From Patescibacteria group bacterium (GTDB lineage Bacteria > Patescibacteriota > Patescibacteriia > UBA9934), in NCBI GenBank assembly GCA_041666145.1, contig JBAYHK010000005.1, positions 8,921-72,920 on the forward strand: a stretch of DNA of 64,000 nt, written 5' to 3'. The notes beneath the pieces were generated by a model. The model searched no databases and was not told the DNA's origin. It was given only the letters and a program-made list of their open reading frames with translations. Within the stretch, counting starts at the first letter, position 1; each line of letters starts with the position of its first letter. This document shows, in pieces, positions 30,251-40,244 of the stretch. Both the position numbers and the translations under genes were made by a program.

Positions 30251-31651
30251 TTAATCCAAAAAAGCCAAAGCCGCTTCCTCATCCTTTTCAACGAAGATTT
30301 CAACGGCTCGCTTTGCTTTTTCAAGTAGGACTTTTGCTTGTTTACGTAGTTGCAAAGCTTCTAACACCTTGTTTGCAAGTTCTTCTTGTTTTGCATCTGC
30401 GAGCATTGGTATTTTGACCTGCATAGCACTTTCTGGCTTCAAGTGAGCGATAATCGCGCCTCCTGACATTCGCTCAATCTGAGTTTTGCAGTAGAAAGAG
30501 TTGAGGACCAATGCAAGGTAGTTGTTGTTTATCTTTACCTTCGGTTTAAGGCGCAGAAACGCACCACTCATAATTGCATCAACATCCTCATTGAGAGCAA
30601 ACGAAATGCCGATTGTGCCATCTTTTGTGAACAAAACTTCGCCCTTGTTTGGCTTATAGTTTTCCTTCAATCCTTCGTACAACTCTTCTGAAATTTTCTT
30701 CTCAACATCCTCTATGCCGTAGATAGTAAAATCAGAAACACGAATGAAATCTTTCCCTTCTTCTGCATACGCTTCGCTTCCAACTTCAACGCCTTTCTTT
30801 ACTGAAACGATGTCGCCAAGTTTCTCTTGTTGAACTTTTGATACTCTCTTAGTTATCTCATCGTATTTTGGTTGCCAATACTCGGCATCAAAGCGACTGT
30901 CTGCTAACGCTTCGCTAAAGTTTCGGACCGAGATAGTTTCTTCAGTGCCTTTGTAGCCCTCAAGATTGATTTCTTTAAGAAGCATCTGTTCAGCTTCTCT
31001 GTACACGTTCTCGCTCGCTGTTTTCTTTTCGTACGCATCCAAGATAAGCTTCTGAACAGTATTCTCAATCTGTTTTTTGGGTTGTACAATCTTCAGTTCT
31101 TCAAGAATAGTTAGGTTTATGTGTCCCTGAACACCCCCACTTGCAAACCTCATCAACTGAAAACGCCCATACATTGAGTTTAAGAAAGCAGTTAGGTAAA
31201 ACGGGCTTACGTTTTCTTTTGAACGGATAATAATGATATCGGCAGAGTTTGTCTTTTCATCTTCAAGGTAAACTGAAGCGTTGCCAAAAGAACCACTGCG
31301 AGCAATCAAAATGTCGTTCTTAGACACTTGTGATTTTTTGAGCTTTTTATGAAAATCATCGTTTATCCTTTGACATTCTGCTACATCTACAAAAAACTCT
31401 TTCACATTTCGTGTTTGCAATAGTAAAACCCCTTTATCATCGTACTCAGATACCATTGAGCCAACAAAGCCCACATCTATTTTTTCTGAAAGCTCTCCTA
31501 GTAACTCAACATCTTTTCTTTCATTGATTAAGCTATCAAGAGCTACAAAATGAGGGTCGTAATACTCAGCATCAAGACGACCAACTAAATCACTGTAGTT
31601 TATTACCGAGATTGCGAGGTTGTTTTCTTTTGTAATCGTTTGCCAAGACAT
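30251..31651 (-). CDS. hsdS: Type I restriction-modification specificity subunit HsdS (two target-recognition domains)
   Basis: Duplicated TRD architecture with conserved spacer helices. It lies immediately downstream of hsdM with a 2-nt gap. Confidence 0.8.
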   Translation of the reverse strand: MSWQTITKENNLAISVINYSDLVGRLDAEYYDPHFVALDSLINERKDVELLGELSEKIDVGFVGSMVSEYDDKGVLLLQTRNVKEFFVDVAECQRINDDFHKKLKKSQVSKNDILIARSGSFGNASVYLEDEKTNSADIIIIRSKENVSPFYLTAFLNSMYGRFQLMRFASGGVQGHINLTILEELKIVQPKKQIENTVQKLILDAYEKKTASENVYREAEQMLLKEINLEGYKGTEETISVRNFSEALADSRFDAEYWQPKYDEITKRVSKVQQEKLGDIVSVKKGVEVGSEAYAEEGKDFIRVSDFTIYGIEDVEKKISEELYEGLKENYKPNKGEVLFTKDGTIGISFALNEDVDAIMSGAFLRLKPKVKINNNYLALVLNSFYCKTQIERMSGGAIIAHLKPESAMQVKIPMLADAKQEELANKVLEALQLRKQAKVLLEKAKRAVEIFVEKDEEAALAFLD

Positions 31652-31653
31652 AG

Positions 31654-33591
31654 TTATTTCAAGAAGCTAAGACCTTGCTCTTTACCCCAAGCAACAAAGG
31701 CTTGAGCGATTTCATCGAGGTCGCTTAGATACTCGGGATTGCCATTTTCATCCTTCACGGCTTGTCCTTCTTCGTCTTTCTCAAAAATATAATCACCACT
31801 ATTATCTTTGAATGATTGCTTTTGTGTGGCAAAGAAAATAGGATAATCTTTTACAGTCGAACTTCCACCAGCATCTACTTCATTTTCATTCCACTTCTGC
31901 AAGAAAATAACAGAGGTCTTTGTGCCTGTGTGTGGCTTAAACGAATTACCGTGTAGCCCTACAACCGCCAAGATACGAGCCTTTTGCATTATGTATTTAC
32001 GAACATATTCCTCACTTGTGTTATTAAAAATACCCTGCGGAAGTACGACAGCAAGCCTACCTCCTGCTTTTACAAAATCAAGGTTCTTCTCAATGAAAAG
32101 CAAATGTCTGTCTACTGATTTTTGCATTTTGCCTTTGGCGTTTTTACCGAGAACATATTGCGAGAGAAGGTGTTTTTCTTTTACCTCACCCGCAAAAGGG
32201 GGGTTAGCAAGCAAAACATCAAATTCTAACTCTTTTAAGGAATCTAGATTATCAAAATATTTCGTGTTGTCATCAAAGTATTTTACAAGATCGAGTTCTC
32301 TTAGTTCGCTTTTAAACTTTTCAGGCCACTCTTTGGTATCAAGTGAGGTGGTTTTGTAGATATGACTTTTGCCGTCGCCAGCAATAACCATAATTGCACG
32401 ACTTATCTTTGTTGATTTTTCGTCAAAATCTATACCGAACAAGTATCGCATCGCATACTCTTTCATTCCTGCTTTTGAAAGGTTATCGTTTCTAGCAACA
32501 TACTGCATTGCATGTACCAAGAACCCAGCACTACCGCACGCTGTATCTATGACATATTCTTTTTTCTTTGGGTTCATCATTTGCACACACATATCAATCA
32601 CAATACGAGGCGTAAAGTATTGACCTTTCTTGCCTTTGGCTACATCAGGGAGCAGGTATTCAAAGGCCTCGTCGATGATGCGGAGATTGGAGCCGAACAA
32701 GCGTACGTCCTGTAATTCACCGACACAGATAGAGAGATGTTCAGGCGATAGCTTGATTCTGTCAGTCCTCTCAAAGATTTCAGGCCATTCTTTTTTTGCG
32801 TCCTCAAATAAATCGTCAATTACTTTTTTTGTATCCTCAGGCTTGCCATTAGGACTCTTTCTGAAATAGAGCTCTTCGCCATTGCGAGAAATGGCCTCCT
32901 TTTCGTCGTAGAGCTTTGAATAGATGAGTTTAAATATCTCATCAAAGCTATCAAAACCGGATTGAGCAAGTACCAATTCTTCAAGTGTTGTAATAATTAT
33001 CTTAAGATCTTGTTCATGCAGATCTTTAAGAACCTTTCGTTTTTGAAGAACATCGGAAACATCTTCTCCGTATGCGGGTATTTGATCTAAAGTATCAAAA
33101 TCCTTTGGATACGGACGGAACAATATCAACTGATACTTGCCATTAAGCGCAACACCAATCGGCGAACCCTCTGCATTCAAATATGACTTTAACTGCTGAA
33201 TATCATTCTCGACATTTGGCGCTTTGACTTCGATAATCATCTTTATCGTTTGCCAAGTTTCGTTTGTATACACGACAATATCAGCTCGTTTATTGTCATT
33301 TTTCTCACGACCAAACTGCACGATCTTTTCAAGTTCGATGTGTGCCTTTGGATACTTGTACTTCTTTGTAAGTTCTAAAAGGTAAAGCTGACGAACAATT
33401 TCCTCGGGCGCAGATTTACCCGTCTTTTCATTGTAGACAAGTTTTTCTTCCTCTAATCTCGAAATAGATTTTACGTAATACTTACCCTCCTCCTTTTGAT
33501 ATATTTCAATCTTGGCCAAATCATCGAACATTAGAAGATCCTGTTCGGGATTTTTAAAGATTTTACTTAAAATCTGCTGAGTTATGGTCAT
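31654..33591 (-). CDS. hsdM: Type I restriction-modification N6-adenine DNA methyltransferase HsdM
   Basis: VIDTACGSAGFLV (motif I), VLLANPPFAG (NPPF motif IV), N-terminal HsdM_N-like region. Confidence 0.9.
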   Translation of the reverse strand: MTITQQILSKIFKNPEQDLLMFDDLAKIEIYQKEEGKYYVKSISRLEEEKLVYNEKTGKSAPEEIVRQLYLLELTKKYKYPKAHIELEKIVQFGREKNDNKRADIVVYTNETWQTIKMIIEVKAPNVENDIQQLKSYLNAEGSPIGVALNGKYQLILFRPYPKDFDTLDQIPAYGEDVSDVLQKRKVLKDLHEQDLKIIITTLEELVLAQSGFDSFDEIFKLIYSKLYDEKEAISRNGEELYFRKSPNGKPEDTKKVIDDLFEDAKKEWPEIFERTDRIKLSPEHLSICVGELQDVRLFGSNLRIIDEAFEYLLPDVAKGKKGQYFTPRIVIDMCVQMMNPKKKEYVIDTACGSAGFLVHAMQYVARNDNLSKAGMKEYAMRYLFGIDFDEKSTKISRAIMVIAGDGKSHIYKTTSLDTKEWPEKFKSELRELDLVKYFDDNTKYFDNLDSLKELEFDVLLANPPFAGEVKEKHLLSQYVLGKNAKGKMQKSVDRHLLFIEKNLDFVKAGGRLAVVLPQGIFNNTSEEYVRKYIMQKARILAVVGLHGNSFKPHTGTKTSVIFLQKWNENEVDAGGSSTVKDYPIFFATQKQSFKDNSGDYIFEKDEEGQAVKDENGNPEYLSDLDEIAQAFVAWGKEQGLSFLK

Positions 33592-33605
33592 ATTTTTTGG
33601 CCGAA

Positions 33606-34670
33606 TTATAAATACCTCGCCTTATTCCTCAAATGTTCCTCATACGTTTCTGCATAATAGATGTCGCCTTCGTCTGTTGTGAGGAAGTAATAATAATCAT
33701 TATGCGTTGGGTGAAGGACAGCGTTGAGGGCGTTGAGGCCTGGGGCAGAAATTGGGCCGGGTGGGAGGCCGGGGTTTTTGTAGGTGTTGTAAGGGGAATC
33801 CACTTCAAGATCGGCGTAGGTTGGGCTTGGGTTATCGCCGTCAATGATGTAGTTAATGGTGGCATCGGATTGAAGCGGCATGCCAATGTCTAATCGTTTC
33901 AAGAAAACATCAGCAACATTTTTCATGGTCTCTGCAGTGCGAACTTCTTTTTCAACAATCGAAGCCAACGTAAGAATGTCATGCGTACTCATGCCTGCAG
34001 AATCGCCGGTTGCAACACCAATCTCATTCACTCGCGTTTCCATGGTACGCAACATGGTTTCTGCAATCACGTCTGCGGTGGCGTCCGTATTGAATTCGTA
34101 GGTATCTGGAAAAAGATAGCCTTCTAAATCAACGCCAGATGGCTTTCCTGCGCTTACCACAAATGGATCGCTCGCAAGCTCACTCTTTGCCGAAGTCGCA
34201 AACTGCCACGCTTCAAGAGAAATCTCTGGCAATGCGGCATGAATACGCTCCCCCATTTGCACAAGAGAAAATCCTTCTGGAATCGTAATGCGCACCGATG
34301 TTGATTGAATGCTTTGTAAGGTATCGATAATCGCAGAATAACTCATGCCCTCTTGAAAAACATAGGTTCCCGGATAGACCGTCTCGACATCAAACAATCG
34401 TGCATACACCCGAAGCCAAAACGAGCTTGCAATATCGTTCTGATGCAACCTTGATGCAACGGTTCCAAAAATATCAGTCTCCTCTACGGTCATTGGAATG
34501 TCTTTTGCGTCAGCATTTGGCTCCCGCAACCATGCCGCATTCACAAAGAGATAGCTCGCAATAAGAAAAAAGACGACGACCATGCCGACAAACGCGGAAA
34601 GAATTTGTAAACGACCAGGAAAACGAGAAGGTTGGTAGGGATAAGGCATAGGGGTGAGCGACCTCCTCAT
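33606..34670 (-). CDS. mltG: Endolytic murein transglycosylase MltG (YceG-like)
   Basis: N-terminal TM. PYNTYKNPGLPPGPISAPG signature of YceG. Confidence 0.8.
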   Translation of the reverse strand: MRRSLTPMPYPYQPSRFPGRLQILSAFVGMVVVFFLIASYLFVNAAWLREPNADAKDIPMTVEETDIFGTVASRLHQNDIASSFWLRVYARLFDVETVYPGTYVFQEGMSYSAIIDTLQSIQSTSVRITIPEGFSLVQMGERIHAALPEISLEAWQFATSAKSELASDPFVVSAGKPSGVDLEGYLFPDTYEFNTDATADVIAETMLRTMETRVNEIGVATGDSAGMSTHDILTLASIVEKEVRTAETMKNVADVFLKRLDIGMPLQSDATINYIIDGDNPSPTYADLEVDSPYNTYKNPGLPPGPISAPGLNALNAVLHPTHNDYYYFLTTDEGDIYYAETYEEHLRNKARYL

Positions 34671-34809
34671 ACTCCCCCTTGGTAAGGGGGAGGTAGCTTG
34701 GCGGACGCGAGAGGAAAAGAAAGTGATGAGAGTAAAGAATTGATGTGTGTCGGGAGTGAAGACCGCGTCTTCCCCCTCCTTAACAAGGAGGGGGCTAGGG
34801 GGAGGTAGC
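34671..34809. repeat. Intergenic G-rich repeat/hairpin cluster with agggggaggtagct occurring twice
   Basis: ctcccccttggtaagggggaggtagct at ~34675-34701 and ccccctccttaacaaggagggggctagggggaggtagct at ~34768-34806. Several nested inverted repeats including gaagaccgcgtcttc. Confidence 0.5.
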
Positions 34810-35550
34810 TCATCGCTTCTTCATCTTTTCAATATGCGCAGCAACACGAGCTAATCGTTCTGGGGTACCGCTATCAAACCATGGCTCGGTTGCATGATAA
34901 AAACCAACTGGCCTGCCAGAGCGCGCAATTCTTGGCCAAAGATGCACTTCATTTGATATTGGCAAAACGTCGTCTACCACGTCACGAACGGATTTATTCA
35001 TGACATACCAACCAGAACTAATGAACCCCGTTTCTTTTCCAAGAAGCTCAAGTTCAGACTGCGATCGATCGACATACGCTTCAAGATTTTTGCGTTCTAC
35101 ACTTGGACGCAAAATTTCATATTTCGCAATATCTGCGCTTGGAAGTTCAATGGCGGCGATTGTTGCGATCTCTCCGTACTTTTTATGATGCTCTATAAAC
35201 GCGGGAACGTTGATCCAAAAAAGATTGTCTGCGTTTGCCACGATGAAATCATCTGCAACGTCATCCCAATTCACAAGCTTCGTCCAGCCACCAGTGCCCA
35301 TTGGTTCTGGTTCGACAAGATACGAAAGTTGCATGCCGAGCCTTGATCCTTCACCAAACTCATCAACGATCATGTGGCCAAGATGTGCAACAGAAATCGC
35401 AACATTCGTTATTCCAGCAGCTTGAAGATGTTCAAGAACGTACTGCATCATTGGCTTGCCATGAATTGGTACGAGTGGCTTTGGAAGATGGTCTGTTAAT
35501 GGTGCAAGACGCGTTCCTTTTCCGCCTGCAAGAAGAATTGCTTCAATCAT
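34810..35550 (-). CDS. Sugar-phosphate nucleotidyltransferase (NDP-sugar pyrophosphorylase-like)
   Basis: MIEAILLAGGKGTRLAPLT...PKPLVPI N-terminal signature of the glycosyltransferase-A-like nucleotidyltransferase fold. Confidence 0.75.
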   Translation of the reverse strand: MIEAILLAGGKGTRLAPLTDHLPKPLVPIHGKPMMQYVLEHLQAAGITNVAISVAHLGHMIVDEFGEGSRLGMQLSYLVEPEPMGTGGWTKLVNWDDVADDFIVANADNLFWINVPAFIEHHKKYGEIATIAAIELPSADIAKYEILRPSVERKNLEAYVDRSQSELELLGKETGFISSGWYVMNKSVRDVVDDVLPISNEVHLWPRIARSGRPVGFYHATEPWFDSGTPERLARVAAHIEKMKKR

Positions 35551-35570
35551 ATCTGCTCCATTTCTATCAC

Positions 35571-35600
35571 AAAACGCGGACTCTTTCGAGCCCGCGTTTT
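35571..35600. terminator. Bidirectional intrinsic terminator after the repeat-protein gene
   Basis: aaaacgcgg-actctttcgagc-ccgcgtttt, with 9-bp outer pairing plus inner pairs and A/T runs on both sides. Confidence 0.55.
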
Positions 35601-35612
35601 GAATGGTAACTT

Positions 35613-38114
35613 CTACGCGTTCAGTTCACTTCGAGTGCTCATGCCACTTGTATCTACATCAATTTCCGATGCAGACTGAATATCATCTCCGATTGTGAAT
35701 TGACCCCATGCCGTTGCAGGAACGTCAATCACGTAATCTGCCCAATTCGATCCATACAATTCCGTCGCAAGAGCTTCGGAAGTAATCCATCGAAGAATGT
35801 TGCCCTCCTCGAGCGCGTAAACATTATTCACTGATTGCACCTTAATCAAAACAGATCCAGCCTTCGCCATCATCGGAGCACCAATAGGATAGTTTGTAAG
35901 GCTCTCATCCGTTACGTTAACAACTGAACTGAAATCATCTGCATAGGTGAAGAAAGTTTGGCTGTCCAAGAATGGGCGACGAGCTCCGTCTGCACCAATA
36001 AAGTACACAGTGCTCCACGATTCCCCTCTCATGAAGGTTCCTTCAGCGAGCAATGTTGTAGCATCGCCCGAATCTGTTGAAGTTTCATCTGAAATCGATT
36101 CTTCTGTTCCGATACTGAAGGCATCAGAAGAATCTGTAGCAAGAACAGTTACAAGGTCTGTCCCTTCTGCAAGAATCGTTACACTCTGTGCAGAAATACT
36201 TGGGGCAGTCCATGTATACGCACCATCATTCACAGTATTCTCAATGATCGAATTTGACGTCACCCCTCCATCTGTTGAATACGCAAGATTCACATAACTT
36301 GGCGTGCCCGTGCCGCTTGAAGTGTTCCAAGCAATTGCAATTTCATCTCCCGGCATGAACACATCCGCAGCTACAGGAAGAGTCATCATGATTCCGTAAG
36401 TTAATGGAGTTGACGAATATTCAGAAGCTGAGGAAGTTCTCGTAATAGTGTCTGCGGTAACAGCGGCGTCTGTGTCGTGAACTGCGTCTGCCGAAGTTGT
36501 TGTTGTAATTGTATATGTTCCAGTCGATCCTGCTGTACCAGGATTTACAATCATACTGATTGTACAAATCTGCGCACCGGCAGCTTCAGCGTCTCCTCCG
36601 CTCCGAGTCAATGTCACAACCTGTCCAGCAACAGCCGTAGTAAATGAGCCATTCATAGTAGAACACGTTCCACCGGTTGCGCCAGTAACGTTAAATCCGG
36701 AAGGGAATGTGACCACAATCTTTCCCGTCGATTCCAATGCATTAACCATTGTAAAATACACTGTCGCTGTACTTGATGTTGCGCTCCTCAAATTTGATGG
36801 CTCAACATTTGTAGAGGTTAATGTAGCCGCAACAATGGTATCTGCAGTAACAGCAGAGTCAGAGTCATGAACAACGCCTGAAGAATTTCTCGTTTTAATC
36901 ATGTAAGTCCCAGTCGAACCTGCAGTTACTGGATTTACTATTGCATTAATCGTACATGTCTTTGCGCCAATCGTCGCAGTACTACCGCCACTTCGAGTTA
37001 GCGTTACCACTTGATCTGCAACGGTAGTAGTAAATGAACCATCCATTCCGGAACACGTTCCACCGGTTGCACCAGTAACCCCATATCCACTTGGAAATGT
37101 GACTTCAATCTTTCCATCTAATTCCAATGTATTGAGCATGGTAAAAGTAGCCGTCGCCATACCAGACGCCCCAGCAATCAACGTCGCTGGTTGTACATTT
37201 GTCGATCCTAGCGCCCCTGGAGAAATAGTATCTGCAGCAACGGCAGCGTCTGTATCGTGAACTGCATCTGCTGAAGTTGTTGTTGTGATTGTATAGGTTC
37301 CAGTTGATCCCATAATTCCCGGGTTCGAGATTCCACTGACCGTACAAGAATGTGCACCAGCCAATGCGACCCCACCAGTACTACGCGTCAATATTACAGT
37401 CTGAGTATCGACACTCGTAGCAAATGAACCGTCCATAGTAGAACACGCCCCGCTTGCTGCACTTGCTACATTAAATCCTGATGGAAAGGTAACCTTAATC
37501 TTTCCATTTGCTTCGAGTGTATTCACCGAAGTAAATGTGATCGTCACTGTGGTAGATGCCCCAGCAGTTAATGTTGAAGGCTGAACGTTTGTTGATGTTA
37601 ATGCTGCGGCGACGATAGTATCTGCAGCAACGGCAGCATCAACGTCGACCTCAACATTCGATACGTCAGTCGTTTGGATTGTGTAAGTTCCAGTGGAACC
37701 GGCAACATTAGGATTTACGATTCCGTTAATTGTACAGGTCTGCGGTCCAGTGGCCTCTGGATTATTTCCAGGACCTCCACGAGCGATCGTGACGACTTGA
37801 TCTGCAACGGTAGTAGTAAATACGCCATCCATCGTTGAACAAGTTCCTCCACTTGCACCGGCTACATTAAATCCTGATGGAAAGGTAACTTTAATTTTTC
37901 CATCCCCTGGAAGTTCTGTTGCCGTTGTAAATGTGGCTGTAACAACACTCGTAGCCCCAGCAACTAATGACGCAGGCTGAACGTTCGTTGATGTCAAACC
38001 CGCAGCATGAGCAAACTGTGCAGTCCCAAGAAATCCAGACAGCGCAATCATGGTACCTGTGAGTACTGCAGCAATGCGTTTTGCGGCAGCCAATCGTGTT
38101 CGCGTTTCAATCAT
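35613..38114 (-). CDS. Secreted/cell-surface protein with four ~140-aa tandem repeats and a distinct ~240-aa C-terminal domain
   Basis: Signal peptide ending AHAAG. Repeats each begin LTSTNV(Q/E)P and contain GKIKVTFPSGFNV...GGTCSTMDGSF...GSTGTYTITTT. Thr/Ser/Gly-rich. Confidence 0.6.
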   Translation of the reverse strand: MIETRTRLAAAKRIAAVLTGTMIALSGFLGTAQFAHAAGLTSTNVQPASLVAGATSVVTATFTTATELPGDGKIKVTFPSGFNVAGASGGTCSTMDGVFTTTVADQVVTIARGGPGNNPEATGPQTCTINGIVNPNVAGSTGTYTIQTTDVSNVEVDVDAAVAADTIVAAALTSTNVQPSTLTAGASTTVTITFTSVNTLEANGKIKVTFPSGFNVASAASGACSTMDGSFATSVDTQTVILTRSTGGVALAGAHSCTVSGISNPGIMGSTGTYTITTTTSADAVHDTDAAVAADTISPGALGSTNVQPATLIAGASGMATATFTMLNTLELDGKIEVTFPSGYGVTGATGGTCSGMDGSFTTTVADQVVTLTRSGGSTATIGAKTCTINAIVNPVTAGSTGTYMIKTRNSSGVVHDSDSAVTADTIVAATLTSTNVEPSNLRSATSSTATVYFTMVNALESTGKIVVTFPSGFNVTGATGGTCSTMNGSFTTAVAGQVVTLTRSGGDAEAAGAQICTISMIVNPGTAGSTGTYTITTTTSADAVHDTDAAVTADTITRTSSASEYSSTPLTYGIMMTLPVAADVFMPGDEIAIAWNTSSGTGTPSYVNLAYSTDGGVTSNSIIENTVNDGAYTWTAPSISAQSVTILAEGTDLVTVLATDSSDAFSIGTEESISDETSTDSGDATTLLAEGTFMRGESWSTVYFIGADGARRPFLDSQTFFTYADDFSSVVNVTDESLTNYPIGAPMMAKAGSVLIKVQSVNNVYALEEGNILRWITSEALATELYGSNWADYVIDVPATAWGQFTIGDDIQSASEIDVDTSGMSTRSELNA
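36340..38000 (-). repeat. Four ~400-450-bp tandem DNA repeats encoding the protein repeats
   Basis: The DNA sequence of the repeated protein units is ~85% similar, e.g. 36481-36545 compared with 37262-37326. Confidence 0.7.
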
Positions 38115-38279
38115 AAGATATGAGTGAATAAAAATTGTTCCTTCTAAGCATACTCCACATAACCCAAAGTCAATGTTTCATTATCCACAAAATTCTATAA
38201 AACTGAAAGAAAAATACTCGTGACCACTAAGCTAAAAAACAAATCGAGTATTGCCAAATTATGAATCGAATCCATGCAC

Positions 38280-39893
38280 CTAAAGCAATGGAGTCCCTGT
38301 CATTTCTGGGGGCTGAGGAATACCAAGAATTGCTAACATAGTCGGCGCAATATCTGCCAATATACCGCACGGAGGCATGAGAGAAAGGTCGCCGTCTGGT
38401 GCATCACCAGCAATCGAAGGCTTCCCTTCAAACTGCTTTCCAACAATCCAAAAAGGCACTGGATTTGTTGAATGCTCTTTATCAATATCATGAGTCTGTA
38501 AATTCAAAACTTCTTCTGCATTTCCGTGATCCGCTGTTATAAAAATCACTCCATCTTTTGCCAAAACTGCCTCAACAATCTTCCCCACACATCCATCAAT
38601 CGTCTCTACACCCTTAATTGTTGCCTCCAAATCACCCGTATGCCCAACCATGTCTGCATTTGCAAAATTCGCAATAATTACATCGTAATTATTGCTACCA
38701 ATCTCTTCTAAAATCTTATCAGCAATAGAAATCGCGCTCATCTCTGGCGCCTCAGAATACGAAGAAACGTGAGGGGAAGGAATAAGCGCTCGATCTTCAT
38801 GTAAAAACGGCTCCTCACGTGTTCCATTAAAGAAAAATGTTACATGCGCATACTTTTCTGTTTCTGCTACATGAAGTTGCACCAGCCCTGCATCTGAAAG
38901 AACTTCCGCGAGTGGATGAATCACCTTTTCTGGCGTAAAAGCAACAGAAACTGGCAATCCAGATTCATATTCGGTCATTGTTACAAACAATACATCGCGA
39001 ATTGGTTCGCGATGGAACGATTCAAAAACCGGCATAACAAAAGCCTTTGTAAGTTCACGAGCACGATCTGGACGATAATTCCAAAAAATAACCGCATCCC
39101 CTGGAGTAACCACTGCCACAGGCTTACCGTCCTTCTGCAATACAGTCGGAACAAATTCTTCATCATAAACTTCACGCGAATATGACAGCTCAAGCGCTGC
39201 AATCGGATCTTCCGCAACGGCATCGGATCGACCAAGTGCAATAGCGTTATACGCCTTCTCGATCCTGTCCCAGCGATTGTCTCTGTCCATTGCAAAATAT
39301 CTTCCGCTAATTGTCGCAAGCTGCCCAATGCCAATCTCCTTCATGTGCGCAATCGCATTTTTTATAAAATCAAGTCCAGCATTATAAAGCGTATCTCTTC
39401 CATCTAACATTGCATGAACTGCAACGCGCTTTATTCCATGTTCTTTCGCCATTCGAAGCAATGCATAACAATGTTCATCAAACCCATGAACTTTTCCGGA
39501 AGAAAGTATTCCCATGAGATGAAGCGTTCCACCTGAAGATTTCACTTTATCTATTGCCGAAACAAGTGCCTCATTTTTCATGAATTCACCATTTGTAATA
39601 GCTTTTCCTAAACGCGGCAAAGTCTGGTAATACACGCGTCCCGCACCTATCGCCAAATGTCCAACCTCGCTATTCCCCATCTCACCCCAATTCAGTCCAA
39701 CCTCTTCACTTGACGCCCGTAATGTCATTGACGGATATCGTTGCGTCAGCATGTGAAACGTTGGAGTTTGTGCACGAGTAATCGCATTCCCTTCTGAGTC
39801 AGGAGCAATGCCAAATCCGTCTAAAACCAAAAGAACCACAGGACGTGGACGATGAACATTGCCAGATTGATCAGGCGACATAGATATCGCCAT
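38280..39893 (-). CDS. gpmI: 2,3-bisphosphoglycerate-independent phosphoglycerate mutase
   Basis: VVLLVLDGFGIAPDSEGNAI N-terminus, 537 aa, metal-binding His/Asp pattern. Confidence 0.9.
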   Translation of the reverse strand: MAISMSPDQSGNVHRPRPVVLLVLDGFGIAPDSEGNAITRAQTPTFHMLTQRYPSMTLRASSEEVGLNWGEMGNSEVGHLAIGAGRVYYQTLPRLGKAITNGEFMKNEALVSAIDKVKSSGGTLHLMGILSSGKVHGFDEHCYALLRMAKEHGIKRVAVHAMLDGRDTLYNAGLDFIKNAIAHMKEIGIGQLATISGRYFAMDRDNRWDRIEKAYNAIALGRSDAVAEDPIAALELSYSREVYDEEFVPTVLQKDGKPVAVVTPGDAVIFWNYRPDRARELTKAFVMPVFESFHREPIRDVLFVTMTEYESGLPVSVAFTPEKVIHPLAEVLSDAGLVQLHVAETEKYAHVTFFFNGTREEPFLHEDRALIPSPHVSSYSEAPEMSAISIADKILEEIGSNNYDVIIANFANADMVGHTGDLEATIKGVETIDGCVGKIVEAVLAKDGVIFITADHGNAEEVLNLQTHDIDKEHSTNPVPFWIVGKQFEGKPSIAGDAPDGDLSLMPPCGILADIAPTMLAILGIPQPPEMTGTPLL

Positions 39894-39911
39894 TCTACCA
39901 TGAAAAATGCC

Positions 39912-40244
39912 TTATCGGACAGCAACTACGTTCGTATTTACTTCAATAAATACAGAAGGTGTTAACGATTGAAGACCTAAAAATGCTTCCCGTGTTTTCA
40001 CACTATGAAGGGATCGCAATTTTGCAATTTGTATATCAAGCCGATCTCGTTCATTACGAAGCTCCACATTCCGTTGCTGCAATTCTCGAACCGCATATCC
40101 CTTTGTGGCCGCAGCATTCACCTGAGCAACATATAAAATTCCAAAAGCGACCATGCTGCCAGCCATTACTACAGACAACACTCGAGGATTCTTAACGATC
40201 CGCTTTAATAATGAAAATTTTCCTCCTTGAATATCCATACTCAT
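39912..40244 (-). CDS. ftsL: Cell division protein FtsL-like (bitopic, coiled coil)
   Basis: Follows mraZ-rsmH with a 4-nt overlap. Single TM then RELQQRNVELRNERDRLDIQIAKL coiled-coil. Confidence 0.6.
   Translation of the reverse strand: MSMDIQGGKFSLLKRIVKNPRVLSVVMAGSMVAFGILYVAQVNAAATKGYAVRELQQRNVELRNERDRLDIQIAKLRSLHSVKTREAFLGLQSLTPSVFIEVNTNVVAVR

Noticed and set aside
37105-37347. 80-aa ORF and other alternative-frame ORFs inside the repeat-protein gene
   Set aside because: They are embedded in a long, well-supported coding frame with signal peptide and repeats. They are frame artefacts of repetitive Gly/Thr-rich codons.
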